A stretch of DNA of 64,000 nt from contig CAZSKP010000008.1 of assembly GCA_964607485.1 (NCBI GenBank), positions 81,478 to 145,477 of the forward strand. Reading direction: 5' to 3'. A model generated the notes under the pieces. The model was not told the origin of the DNA, ran no database searches, and saw only the letters and a program-made list of their open reading frames with translations. A program made the translations under genes and the position numbers. The stretch is from an uncultured bacterium. GTDB lineage: Bacteria > Abyssobacteria > SURF-5. This document shows positions 1 to 9,894 of this stretch, one piece after another (positions within the stretch are counted from its first letter, which is position 1; the number at the start of each line of letters is the position of its first letter).

Positions 1-406
1 TCCTCGACGATACCGTGCGGTAGTCAGTGATTTGAAACGATGAACAACAAGGGGCAAGGACATCTTTGTAGGGGCAGGCCCCAAATCATCCGCCGAATCT
101 GTCGTAGGGGCCTGCCCCTACAACGGATTCAGTCAGTGGTTTGATAAAGATGATGCCGTGAAGATGGTTAGACATGATTACAACCGCGTCGATATCAATG
201 CCCGGATAGTATTGCGGCAAATCGTGCCACACAGAATGCACCATCGCTCCAATTTCATTCAATATCGTCTGGCCATCCACAATCTTCCCGAACAAGCATC
301 GACGCTGCCGCGCACAAATCGTCACGAAGTATGCTCCCGCCTGCGAATAATCGAAATCTTTCAGTCGGATGGACCGGCGACGATGCTTCGGCGGGTCAGG
401 AATCAT
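1..406 (-). pseudogene. REP-associated tyrosine transposase (RAYT, Y1_Tnp/HUH), frameshifted and running off the window
   Basis: N-terminus HRRRSIRLKDFDYSQAGAYFVTIC and HUH motif NHLHGII. The frame stops at 86, but another frame continues GPAPTKMSLPLVVHRFKSLTTARYRRG, a typical RAYT C-terminal segment. Confidence 0.85.
66..123. repeat. GTAG-type REP inverted repeat inside the RAYT gene
   Basis: TTGTAGGGGCAGGCCCC (66-82) and its perfect reverse complement GGGGCCTGCCCCTACAA (107-123). Confidence 0.85.
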
Positions 407-451
407 TCGGAAGATTCCCTTTGTAGGATTGACGCGTGCGAGTGAAGATTC

Positions 452-1537
452 TCAATACTTCCCGTATTTCCTGGCGGCGCGGACCATGGCGAGGTAGTTT
501 TCGGGCTTGCATCCGGGGTGGATGGTGTTCGACGAGGTCATGATGTATCCGCCGCCGGGCGCCGCGTCTTCGATGGCCTTCCTGACCGCGCGCTCGACCT
601 CGTCCTCGGTTCCCCACGGCAGGAGTTCCGAGCAGTCGATGTTTCCCAGCAGGCAGATCTTATCGCCGCAGTGCTGCTTTACCTTCTTGAGATCCATTCC
701 GCCCTGGGGCTGAAGCGGATGGATTCCGTCGAACCCGATCTCCACGAGCCGGTCGAGTATCGGCCAGAGGTTGCCGTCGGAGTGTTTGAGGGCCTTGGCG
801 CCTTTTTGATGAACGACCTCGACGAGTTCCTTCATATAGGGCCCGATGAACTCATCGAACTGCGCGGGCGACATCATCGTGTTCGCGTTGAAGGCAATGT
901 CGTCCTCAAACACGACCGCATCGACGCCGGCATCGAGAGCCTCGGTGATTTGCTGCTTGTGGTAGTCGGTCGACATGCGGGCGAGCTCGTGGACGAGCTT
1001 CGGATTCTCGATATAATCCATCAACAGGTGATCGAGGCCGCCTCGCAATCCCCAGCTATATCGAAAACAGTCGTGCGAGCAGAACACGATTGCGGTCTCG
1101 TCCTTGAACCGCGCCTTCACCATGCTGAGCATCATCAGGTCAACGTCGGGGTCGGTTTTCGGAGGGCTGTAACTCTTCAGGTCCGACGGCGACTTTATCG
1201 GGCCGTCCATCGGGAAGGCGAGTCCGAAGGGATTGCGCTTGTAGGTGATGCCCCACTTGTCTTTGAAGCAGCCTTCGCCCAGCGGCTCCTCCTGCTCGAG
1301 AACCCGTGCGGAGATTCCCTCGATCTCAAGCTCTTCGATGAAAAGCGAGAGCGCCTCGAATATCATCAGGAGCTCATCCGGGGTCATGTCGGCGACCGAT
1401 TTCATCGGAGGGAGCCTGTCGGTGAAGTGCCGTGCGATGCCGATTATGCTCGATTCGTTGTAGGCCAGTTCGAACAGAGGCACCCTGTCGGGCTGCTCGA
1501 GATTGAGCGCAGCCAGAATCCTCTCTTTTCCGGTCAT
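452..1537 (-). CDS. Uroporphyrinogen decarboxylase (URO-D/MtaA-CmuA) family protein
   Basis: MTGKERILAAL..PDRVP start, HSDGN, GNID and GGGYIMTSSNTIH motifs. Confidence 0.85.
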   Translation of the reverse strand: MTGKERILAALNLEQPDRVPLFELAYNESSIIGIARHFTDRLPPMKSVADMTPDELLMIFEALSLFIEELEIEGISARVLEQEEPLGEGCFKDKWGITYKRNPFGLAFPMDGPIKSPSDLKSYSPPKTDPDVDLMMLSMVKARFKDETAIVFCSHDCFRYSWGLRGGLDHLLMDYIENPKLVHELARMSTDYHKQQITEALDAGVDAVVFEDDIAFNANTMMSPAQFDEFIGPYMKELVEVVHQKGAKALKHSDGNLWPILDRLVEIGFDGIHPLQPQGGMDLKKVKQHCGDKICLLGNIDCSELLPWGTEDEVERAVRKAIEDAAPGGGYIMTSSNTIHPGCKPENYLAMVRAARKYGKY

Positions 1538-1686
1538 CGTGTCTCCTCTTTTCTTCGGAGATCCTGAAAGCGGGCACGCTCATTATATCACCCTCATGGG
1601 ATTTGTCAATTTCCCCCATCACATATTATAATGTCGATACTTTTCAATTCAGGAGATTCACTGTTGGAGCAAAAGAGAGGTCTCAC

Positions 1687-3261
1687 ATGCGGTACTGTAC
1701 CGATGTCATTGAAGAGAGCGCCGAGCAGAAGCCCGATTCGCTCTTTCTCGTCTTCGAAGATCAAAAGATAACATTCGGCCAGTTCAACCGTAGGATCAAT
1801 CGTGTCGCCAACGGGCTGGCGAAGCTCGGCATCGGGGCGAAGTCCGGCGTCAGCATCATGATGCCCAACTCGCCCGAATGGTTGTACGTTTACTTTGCCA
1901 CGCAGAAGATAGGCGCCTGCGCGGTTCCCATAAACGTGGGCCTGAAGGCCGACGGACTGGCGTACATCATCGACCATTCCGATTCGAGCGCCATCTGTGT
2001 CGGCCACCAGTATAGAGACCAGTTTGAGAATATCAGGCAGCGGCTGCCGAAGCTCCGCCACGTGATTTACGACACCACCGACGCCCCCGCCGATTTCGAG
2101 CTGCCCGAGGGAGCGATGACTCTCGCCGAGCTCGCACAGGCGGACGGCGAGAACCCGGCCGTGCGGCCCGACCCGGAGGACATCTCGGTTCTCATGTACA
2201 CCTCGGGCACGACCGGCCTGCCGAAAGGGGTCGTCATCCGGTACAAGAGCTTCGACCTGGAGATGTTCACGATGTTTTCGCAGATGGTGTACAACGAAAA
2301 CGATATTCTGTACACCTGCCTGCCGCTGTTCCACGCAAACGCGCTCGTGCTCACGGTCATGCGCGCCATCGCAGCCGGCGCGAAAGTGGGCCTGAGCCGC
2401 CGTTTCAGCGCGAGCAGGTTCTGGGACGACATCCGGAGATACGAGGCGACCACCTTCAACGCGCTCGGCGCCATGATACCCATTCTCATGAAGCAGCCTC
2501 CCCGCCCCGACGACGGCGACAACCCCGTGCGGCTGGTCCTGAGCGCGGCGTGCCCCGCGCACCTGTGGGAAGAGTTCGAGAAACGGTTCAACGTGAAAAT
2601 CTGGGAGGGCTACGGGGCCGTCGACGGCGGCGGATTCACGCTGTTCAACATCGGCAACGCGCCCGTGGGCTCGATGGGAAAGCCGCCCGAGGACGCCGTC
2701 GCAAAGGTTTTCGATGAGCAGAACAACGAGCTTCCGACGGGAGAGGTGGGCGAGCTCGTTTTCAAGATCGACGACATCGAGAGGCGCAAGGTGGAATATT
2801 ACAAGGACGAGAAAGCCGCGAGCGGCAAGATTCGCAACGGATGGCTGCACACCGGCGACCTCGTGTACGCCGACGAGGAGGGCAACTTCTATTTTGTGGA
2901 CCGAAGGACGGATTCGATGCGCCGGCGGGGCGAGAACATCTCCTCGTACGACGTCGAACAGGTGATAATGAAGCATCCGGCTGTGCTCGAGTGCGCGGCC
3001 TACGGTGTGCCGTCCGACCTGGGCGAGGACGACGTGATGGCGGCCGTCGTGCTGAAGCCGGAGGCGTCGCTCACGCCGAAGGAGTTGGTGGAATTCTGTT
3101 CCGACAAGATGGCCGACTTCATGATCCCGCGCTACATCGACTTTCGGGCGGAGCTGCCGAAGACGGGCACGCACAGGCTTCAGAAAGTCGAGTTGAAGAA
3201 GCAGGGTGTCACACCGACGACGTGGGACAGGGAAAAGGAGATGTCCAAGAGGAAGAAGTAG
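1687..3261 (+). CDS. AMP-dependent acyl-CoA ligase (CaiC-like)
   Basis: YTSGTTGLPKG, TGDL and RRRGENISS motifs; ATG 1687 follows GAGAGG. Confidence 0.9.
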   Translation: MRYCTDVIEESAEQKPDSLFLVFEDQKITFGQFNRRINRVANGLAKLGIGAKSGVSIMMPNSPEWLYVYFATQKIGACAVPINVGLKADGLAYIIDHSDSSAICVGHQYRDQFENIRQRLPKLRHVIYDTTDAPADFELPEGAMTLAELAQADGENPAVRPDPEDISVLMYTSGTTGLPKGVVIRYKSFDLEMFTMFSQMVYNENDILYTCLPLFHANALVLTVMRAIAAGAKVGLSRRFSASRFWDDIRRYEATTFNALGAMIPILMKQPPRPDDGDNPVRLVLSAACPAHLWEEFEKRFNVKIWEGYGAVDGGGFTLFNIGNAPVGSMGKPPEDAVAKVFDEQNNELPTGEVGELVFKIDDIERRKVEYYKDEKAASGKIRNGWLHTGDLVYADEEGNFYFVDRRTDSMRRRGENISSYDVEQVIMKHPAVLECAAYGVPSDLGEDDVMAAVVLKPEASLTPKELVEFCSDKMADFMIPRYIDFRAELPKTGTHRLQKVELKKQGVTPTTWDREKEMSKRKK

Positions 3262-3280
3262 GCGGAACGCGCGGAGCAGA

Positions 3281-3508
3281 TACTACCGGGAACATGAGAT
3301 ACATCACATTCTTGTCATCCTGAACGAAGGGTCTCGGACCCGTGGGCCGCGGGCCCGAGTGAAGGATCTCATGTTTAGACTGAACGCACGAGATTCTTCG
3401 GTCGCTTCGCTCCCTCAGAATGACAATGAGGGGCTCAGAATAACAGTGAGTAGCTCAGAATGGCAATGGAAGGCTCAGAATGACAACTACTAGCTGCTCC
3501 GAGTGGTA
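3281..3508. mobile_element. MITE-like element family A, copy 1 (TGTCAT palindrome core plus four 20-bp tandem units)
   Basis: Near-identical direct copy at 6039-6275; imperfect terminal inverted repeats TACYAC..GGARCA. Confidence 0.75.
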
Positions 3509-3570
3509 AGAAGTTCAATGGGGCGTTGAACATCGCGCTTGAATCGGGTGAATGAAAGGAGTCACATCCC

Positions 3571-6027
3571 ATGAGAAAGGCTTTCTGTGTGGCGTTCTTT
3601 GCGATTGCTTTGTCGCTCCCATGCGTGCGCAGTGCCGCGGCGGAAGAGACGCCCGGCCTGCAGAAGTCGTTCGGAGGCCTGAAGGGAAATGTCGAGGTTG
3701 TCATAGACAAGCACGGATTTCCCCACATTTACGCCGAGAGCGAGGCCGACGCCATGTTTGCGCTCGGGTACATGCACGCCAGGGATCGGTTGTGGCAGAT
3801 GGATTTCAACCGTCGCGCCGCAGAGGGAAGGCTGTCGGAAATCATGGGACCGGATGCGCTCGACCACGACGTCTTCGTCCGTACCATCGGGCTCAATCGA
3901 CTCGCGCGGCTGTCTGCAAAACGAGCGCAAAATGATCCCAAGCTGTACGCGAACATGACCGCTTACGCGTGGGGCGTGAACTCCTTCATCGCCGAAAAGA
4001 TGCCGGACCACCTTCCTGTCGAGTTTCAGCGGCTCGGTTACCAGCCGGAGCCGTGGACGCCGGCAGATTCGGTTGCAATCGGCAAGGCGATGGCGTGGGA
4101 GCTGTGCGGCAGCCTCGACGACCTGTACATGGGAACGCTTGTCCAAAAGCTCGGCTGGGAGACGGTCAGCCAGCTCTTCCCCGTTGACCGTTACAAAGAG
4201 ATACCCATCATCCCCTCGGAAAAGTCAAGCGCCCAATCAGAGAGCGGGGGAGAGGCAACGATGAAGTCTTCGGCCGAAACCGGCGAGGGCGGCCTCGGTG
4301 ACGCGTGCCTGAGCATCATCCGGATGGCGTCGCATCGGTTCCGGATGCTTGGCGACTACGACAATATCGGGAGCAACAACTGGGTGATAGACGGAACAAA
4401 GTCGGCGAGCGACAAGCCGATCCTGGCTTCCGACCCCCACCTCGGCTTCAACATGCCGTGCGTCTGGTACGTCGCTCACGTGAAGGGCGGCAACCTCGAC
4501 GCCATCGGCGTTTCGCTGCCCGGCGTGCCCATGATAGTGATAGGGCACAATCAGCACATTGCATGGGGAATGACCAACACGCAGGCCGACGTGACCGACT
4601 TTTACGTCGAGACATTGAACGAGGAGAAGACCCAGTATCTGCACGAGGGCGAATGGAAGCCCCTCGAAGTCTTCAACGAAACGATAAAGGTGCTCGGACG
4701 AGACCCGGTCGAGCTGAAAGTTGCGGCGACGGCGCACGGACCAATCCTCTCCACGCCCCAAGCCGAATTGGCGATACAGTGGATAGGCGCGGAGCCGGAC
4801 GACGACGCGCTCGCCTTCAGCCTGCTCAATCGCGCCACCGATTACGACGACTTCGCCACCGCCATGCAAACCCTGAACGCGCCCCCGCAGAATTTCGACT
4901 ACGCCGACTCGAACGGGATGATAGCCATGTGGGTGGCCGGTCTCTTTCCCGTTCGCAAGGCGGGATTCGGCCGCGTTCCCGTGGACGGCGCCTCGGGAAA
5001 GTACGACTGGACGGGGTTTATCCCCCGGATAGACACGCCGCACAGCGTCAACCCCGCGCAGCACTACCTCGCATCGGCCAACCAGCGTCCGGCGCCGAAG
5101 GACTATCCGTATTATCTCGGCTACGAGTGGGACCCCGGCTACAGGGCGCGCCGGATAAATCGGCTGCTTTCCTCGAACGATTCGATCACGGCGGACATGA
5201 TGAAAAGCTTTCAGGCCGACACGTACGATATGGCCGCCGAATCCATGCTCCCACACCTGATAGCCGCGTGCAAAGACGAGTTCGAGAAAGACAAACCTTA
5301 CGCGAATGCTCTCGACACACTGTCGAAGTGGGATTTTCTGACCACTATCGACAAAGCCGCTCCGACAATCTGGTGGAAGTGGCTCGACAAGTTCCGCAAC
5401 GCGGTGTGGGAGGACGAATGGCAGGCGGCGGGAATCGAGCTGCCAAATGACTCGTGGGGTTTCACCGATTTGAACAAGTGGCAGCCGCCGCTGGAGGTTC
5501 TCGAACGGATGGTGGTGGAAGAGCCCACCTCGAAGTGGTTCGACGACGTGACAACCGAAGAGAGGGAAACGCTGAGGGAAATCGCCACCAGGAGCCTGCG
5601 CCAGGCGGTGGATGAGTTGTTGCAGAATCTTGGCGAGGATATGTCCAAATGGAATTGGGGCAGGGTGAACCGGCTTCGGATCGACCACCTCTCGGGCGAC
5701 CCGCTCCTCGTTCGCGGGGGTCAGCCGCTCAACGGAAGCGACCTCACGCTCTGCGCGAGAGGCACGGGGGGTGACGTGACGGGCGGGCCGAGCTGGCGGA
5801 TGGTCGTCGATTTCAGCGACGTGGGCGGCGCCGTCGGCGTGTTCCCGGGCGGTCAGAGCGGCGACCCCGAGAGTCCGCACTATGACGACTTGATCGACAA
5901 GTGGGTTGCGGACGAGTACGTTCCTCTCCCGTTCTATTCGACGCCGGAACAGTTTTCCTCGGAGCAGGTCGAGGCTCGGATACATCTCTCACCCTCCTCG
6001 GAGGGAGTCGGACTCGTGACGCCGTGA
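3571..6027 (+). CDS. Penicillin acylase family Ntn hydrolase, exported
   Basis: Signal peptide, GFPHIYA, ARDRLWQMD, nucleophile motif GSNNW, DPHL and PGGQSG..SPHYDD. Confidence 0.93.
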   Translation: MRKAFCVAFFAIALSLPCVRSAAAEETPGLQKSFGGLKGNVEVVIDKHGFPHIYAESEADAMFALGYMHARDRLWQMDFNRRAAEGRLSEIMGPDALDHDVFVRTIGLNRLARLSAKRAQNDPKLYANMTAYAWGVNSFIAEKMPDHLPVEFQRLGYQPEPWTPADSVAIGKAMAWELCGSLDDLYMGTLVQKLGWETVSQLFPVDRYKEIPIIPSEKSSAQSESGGEATMKSSAETGEGGLGDACLSIIRMASHRFRMLGDYDNIGSNNWVIDGTKSASDKPILASDPHLGFNMPCVWYVAHVKGGNLDAIGVSLPGVPMIVIGHNQHIAWGMTNTQADVTDFYVETLNEEKTQYLHEGEWKPLEVFNETIKVLGRDPVELKVAATAHGPILSTPQAELAIQWIGAEPDDDALAFSLLNRATDYDDFATAMQTLNAPPQNFDYADSNGMIAMWVAGLFPVRKAGFGRVPVDGASGKYDWTGFIPRIDTPHSVNPAQHYLASANQRPAPKDYPYYLGYEWDPGYRARRINRLLSSNDSITADMMKSFQADTYDMAAESMLPHLIAACKDEFEKDKPYANALDTLSKWDFLTTIDKAAPTIWWKWLDKFRNAVWEDEWQAAGIELPNDSWGFTDLNKWQPPLEVLERMVVEEPTSKWFDDVTTEERETLREIATRSLRQAVDELLQNLGEDMSKWNWGRVNRLRIDHLSGDPLLVRGGQPLNGSDLTLCARGTGGDVTGGPSWRMVVDFSDVGGAVGVFPGGQSGDPESPHYDDLIDKWVADEYVPLPFYSTPEQFSSEQVEARIHLSPSSEGVGLVTP

Positions 6028-6038
6028 CAGCCGCCTCA

Positions 6039-6275
6039 TACTACGAGGAGCATGAGATACATCACATTTTTGTCATCCTGAACGAAGGGCTCGGACCCGT
6101 GGGCCGCAAGCCCGAGCGAAGGATCTCATGTTTGGTCTGAACCCGTGATATTTTTCGAGATTCTTCGGTCGCTTCGCTCCCTCAGAATGACAAAGAGGGG
6201 CTCCGAATAACAGTGAGTAGCTCAGAATGGCAATGAAAGGCTCAGAACGACAACCATCAACTGCTCCGAGTGGTA
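6039..6275. mobile_element. MITE-like element family A, copy 2
   Basis: Direct repeat of 3281-3508; left end TACTACGAGGAGCA versus reverse complement of right end TACCACTCGGAGCA (11/14). Confidence 0.75.
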
Positions 6276-6298
6276 AGTGAAAGGCGCTCAGGTAGCCT

Positions 6299-6868
6299 AT
6301 GCTGATAGAAATGTTGATGGTGGTGGCGATCATCGCGCTGTTGCTCGTCGGACCTTCGTTCGAGAATGTGTGGCTGGCGGTAGCGATCTACGGCGGAGTC
6401 ATAGGAGGGATGGTTCTGATATGGTGGTTTTCGTCCCGGCTCTCGGGCGGAGTCGCCGGGTTCTTATCGGGCACCTCGGGCGGCGGAAAGGTGAAGCAGA
6501 CGTACAGCCTGGCCGAAAAATATGAGGTCGAGCACAAGTACAAGGCCGCGATAGAGCTTTACAAGCAAGCGTTCAAGAAAGACAGGAAGAACCCCGCCCC
6601 CAGGAAGAAGCTGGCCAACCTCTACTACAAGCTGCGAGATTACGACAATTGTCTTAAGTACATGCACGAGGCGCTGAGCATGCCGGGAGAGATGTCCGAG
6701 ACTGAACGCTGCGACCTGATGAACCGCATCGCCGACGTGTATCTGCAATTCAAACACGATCGCGCCTCGGCGGTGGCGATTCTTAAGCGCATCATCAACG
6801 AGTTCCCCCAGAGCAAGTACGCCGTTTATGCGCGCGACCGCATCGTGCAGATAAAGCAAGACGCCTGA
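6299..6868 (+). CDS. Membrane-anchored tetratricopeptide repeat protein
   Basis: Two N-terminal hydrophobic helices followed by TPR-like helices ending FPQSKYA. Confidence 0.7.
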   Translation: MLIEMLMVVAIIALLLVGPSFENVWLAVAIYGGVIGGMVLIWWFSSRLSGGVAGFLSGTSGGGKVKQTYSLAEKYEVEHKYKAAIELYKQAFKKDRKNPAPRKKLANLYYKLRDYDNCLKYMHEALSMPGEMSETERCDLMNRIADVYLQFKHDRASAVAILKRIINEFPQSKYAVYARDRIVQIKQDA

Positions 6869-6922
6869 TGGCCGGGGCTTATGCGCCTCGCTCGCTTGCG
6901 ACCTTCGAGCCGCCCGCCCGCT

Positions 6923-6951
6923 TTGACATAGCACCCTCTTTCTGGTAGAAT
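6923..6951 (+). promoter_or_regulatory. Sigma70 promoter for the bamD operon
   Basis: TTGACA-17 bp-TAGAAT with an extended -10 TG. Confidence 0.75.
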
Positions 6952-6996
6952 ACGGCTTCAAACGGGAAAGAAGTGTAATGTGGAGGAGTTTGAGCG

Positions 6997-7956
6997 ATGT
7001 CCACAAGAGCCCGATTGCTGTCCGCATCTGTCATGGGCGCGCTGTTGCTCGCGCTGATGTGCGCCGGCGCTGATGCGGCATTGATATGGACCCCGCAGAC
7101 CGGCCGCTGGATCGACCCCAGACGTCAGCCGAAGGAGACGCCTGCGCTTCAATTCCAGTATGCCGAGAAATTGCTGGCGGATGGAGACACGGAGAAGGCG
7201 ATCAACGAGTACAAGAAAGTCCTGCGCTATTTCCCCGAGAGCAACTACTGCGACCTCGCCCAATACTCGATCGGCAGGGCGCTTGAGGCGCAGGGCGACT
7301 ACGAAGAGGCCGTCAAGGAGTACCAGAAGGTCATCGACGACTATCCCAACACACAGCTGTTCAGCCACGTTCTGGAGAAGCAGCGAAAGATCGCCGACCA
7401 TTACTTCGACCTGGGCGTCCAGCGCGAGGAACGCTTCGCCCTGTTCAGGGGCAGCAACTTCGATAAGGCGATCGAGACGTATCGGAAGGTCATCGACAAC
7501 CAGCCGTTCACCGAGCTTTCGGCCGAGGCGCAGTACCGTATCGGTCTCTGCTACACGAAGCTCGAGCTGTACGACGAGGCGAGCGCCGAGTATCAGAAGG
7601 TCATCGACTTCTATCCCGCCTCCAATTGGACGATGGAGTCCGCGTTCGGATGCGCCGAATGCAAGTTCTTCCAGGCGCTTCCCTGTGAGTACGACAAGAC
7701 GGCCGCCGAGCAGGCGATAGAGAAGTTTAGCTATTTCCTCAAGGCGTATCCCCAAAGCCCGCGGGCGGAGGAAGCGCGCAAAAAGCTCAAACAGGTTCAG
7801 GAAACCGCGGCCGAGCACGAATACCAGATCGGCATGTTCTATCACCATAATATGAAGTTCGACTCGGCTCGCCTGTACTTGGATTCCGTCGTGCGCGATT
7901 ATCCGGAGACACAATGCGCAAGCAAGGCTCGCGAAACGCTCAGCGCAATGCCGTGA
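6997..7956 (+). CDS. bamD: Outer membrane protein assembly factor BamD-like TPR protein
   Basis: TPR repeats with a YfiO-like C-terminus (YPQSPRAEEA..AEHEYQIGMFY); context upstream of lptE-holA. Confidence 0.8.
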   Translation: MSTRARLLSASVMGALLLALMCAGADAALIWTPQTGRWIDPRRQPKETPALQFQYAEKLLADGDTEKAINEYKKVLRYFPESNYCDLAQYSIGRALEAQGDYEEAVKEYQKVIDDYPNTQLFSHVLEKQRKIADHYFDLGVQREERFALFRGSNFDKAIETYRKVIDNQPFTELSAEAQYRIGLCYTKLELYDEASAEYQKVIDFYPASNWTMESAFGCAECKFFQALPCEYDKTAAEQAIEKFSYFLKAYPQSPRAEEARKKLKQVQETAAEHEYQIGMFYHHNMKFDSARLYLDSVVRDYPETQCASKARETLSAMP

Positions 7957-8456
7957 GGCCGGTTGGAAGGTGGTGGGCCGCTCTCTGCGTCTGCCTGACG
8001 GTCTTCGGCTGCGGCTACTCCGTCGCGAACACCAGGCTCTCGGACGACTATCGAACCATCGCGATTCCCGCATTCAAGAACGAGAGCTTCGAGCAGGAAG
8101 TCCAGATACGCGTCACCAACCTGCTGATTCGCGAGATGGAAGCCGATGGGCGGCTTCGCGTCGTTGACGACCCGGGCTCCGCCGACCTGGTGCTGAGGGG
8201 GGCCATAACCGGCTTCGAAGCGCACGCGATAAGCTTCAGCACGGACGACAACATCGGCCAGTTCAAGATAACCCTCGTGGCGAGGGCGACTCTCGAAGAC
8301 ACAAAGACCGGCCGGGTGATATGGCAGGATGACAATCTGAGAGGGTCGGATTTTTACGAGACGCTCGGCGGACGCACGCGAGCGGAAGGACTGGACGAGG
8401 CGGTGGAAAACCTCGTCGAGACGCTGATATACGAGTGCTTCGACAGTTACTGGTGA
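7953..8456 (+). CDS. lptE: LPS assembly lipoprotein LptE family
   Basis: Lipobox VFGC-GY, TIAIPAFKNES; lies upstream of holA; GTG overlaps the bamD stop. Confidence 0.8.
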   Translation: MRPVGRWWAALCVCLTVFGCGYSVANTRLSDDYRTIAIPAFKNESFEQEVQIRVTNLLIREMEADGRLRVVDDPGSADLVLRGAITGFEAHAISFSTDDNIGQFKITLVARATLEDTKTGRVIWQDDNLRGSDFYETLGGRTRAEGLDEAVENLVETLIYECFDSYW

Positions 8457-8514
8457 ACGTGCCGCGTCGCGCCGAAGCTGCCGACTGATGACCTCGACCC
8501 GCACCGTCTTCTGA

Positions 8515-9522
8515 ATGACAACATACGCCGAGCTCAAAAAGAAACTCCGAAGCGACAACCTCTCACGGCTTTACCTGCTTCTCGGTCCGGAGGAGTATCT
8601 TGCGCGCCGACTGACCTCCCGGATAATCGAGCTCGCGCTCGGGGACGGGCTGAAAGACTTCAACTTCGCCGAGCTCGACGCCTCCGCGACGGGAGCCCCC
8701 GCTCTTCTTCAGGAACTCAACTCGTACCCGCTGGGCGCATCGAGGCGCGTAGTGCTCATTCGCCAAGTCGTGTCGCTGGCGGACTCGACGCAGGAGGCGC
8801 TTCAGACCTCGCTGGCCGACCTGCCCGACTTCCTCACACTTATCCTCACCGCCGACCGGATGGACAAGCGCAAGACGCTTTACAAGGCGATTGCGAAAGA
8901 GGGTGTCGTCGTCGAGCTCAAGCCGCTGCGGCCGGCCGAGGTGAAGGCGTGGATTCGCGAAGCGCTCCGGGAGCGGGGCAAGCAGATATCTCCCAAGCTC
9001 ACCGAAAGCATTTTCGAGCTGACGGGCGCCGACCTCTCCGATGTTTCCAACGAGGTGAACAACCTTCTGGAATATCTTGGTGAGAGGGAAAAGGTGACGC
9101 AGGCCGACGTGGATGCGCTCGTCACCTCGAGGCGCAAGGAACCCATTTACAGGCTGACCGAGCACGTCGCCGACAAGGACCTCATCGGCGCGTGGGCCGT
9201 TTTGCGACAGATGCTGGCCGAGGGGGAGCAGGAACTCCGGATTCTGTGGCATCTCGACTTTACGATGAAGAGGATGCTGCGCGCGAAGTGTTTGCTGGAG
9301 GATGGAATGGGGGAGGACGCGGTCGCCGAGGCATTGCAGATACGGCCGTTCCTCAAGTCGCGCTTCCTCCAGCAGGTGCGTTCCTTCTCGCTGGACGAGC
9401 TGAAGGCGAAGTACCACACGATTGTGGAGTGGGACAACAAGTTCAAGTCCACTTCACGCTGGCATCCGGATATCGACCTGGACCTGCTGGTGAGGGAGCT
9501 GTGCGCTACGCGAGAGCGTTGA
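8515..9522 (+). CDS. holA: DNA polymerase III subunit delta
   Basis: LYLLLGPEEYL and DKRKTLYK motifs; lptE-holA-rpsT synteny. Confidence 0.92.
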   Translation: MTTYAELKKKLRSDNLSRLYLLLGPEEYLARRLTSRIIELALGDGLKDFNFAELDASATGAPALLQELNSYPLGASRRVVLIRQVVSLADSTQEALQTSLADLPDFLTLILTADRMDKRKTLYKAIAKEGVVVELKPLRPAEVKAWIREALRERGKQISPKLTESIFELTGADLSDVSNEVNNLLEYLGEREKVTQADVDALVTSRRKEPIYRLTEHVADKDLIGAWAVLRQMLAEGEQELRILWHLDFTMKRMLRAKCLLEDGMGEDAVAEALQIRPFLKSRFLQQVRSFSLDELKAKYHTIVEWDNKFKSTSRWHPDIDLDLLVRELCATRER

Positions 9523-9769
9523 CGCGCCGTGTCAGCGAGGATTTTTTCCGCGAAGCCGAGTTCTTGCTGAGAGCTTTTTGGGAAGCGGCCTTGTCGATGG
9601 CGGCGGCAACGGTGGGGAGAAGTTTCCGCGCGCCGTCGGAATCGTTCTGTTCTATTGCGGTCTCAAGCCTCTTTATCGCCGTCTTGTATTTCGAGATGTT
9701 CCCGCGATTGCGGAGCCGATGCCGCTCGTTCTGGCGAATACGCTTGAGGACTGACTTGCTTTTTTTCAC
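9506..9769 (-). CDS. rpsT: 30S ribosomal protein S20
   Basis: KRIRQNERHRLRN..IDKAASQKALSKNSASRKKS; GGAGGT RBS. Confidence 0.95.
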   Translation of the reverse strand: MKKSKSVLKRIRQNERHRLRNRGNISKYKTAIKRLETAIEQNDSDGARKLLPTVAAAIDKAASQKALSKNSASRKKSSLTRRVNALA

Positions 9770-9894
9770 GAACCTGAATTCACCTCCCGGTTGCGCCGTA
9801 TTGGAACCACATGGTAGCAGATTCCGCTCCGAAAGTCAACAGGGCCCGAGTGAACGCGCCCGTTCCGGTCGCCCAGCGCGACCGCACGTGAGCC

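Noticed and set aside
3414-3493. Regularly spaced CTCAGAATGACA repeats (also 6181-6260 and 26207-26302) as a CRISPR array
   Set aside because: The period is only 19-20 bp, the 'spacers' are 7-8 bp and related to each other, and there are no cas genes. These are amplified REP arms.
9506-9522. Convergent 17-bp overlap of holA and rpsT
   Set aside because: Short tail-to-tail overlaps are common and this gene order is ordinary.
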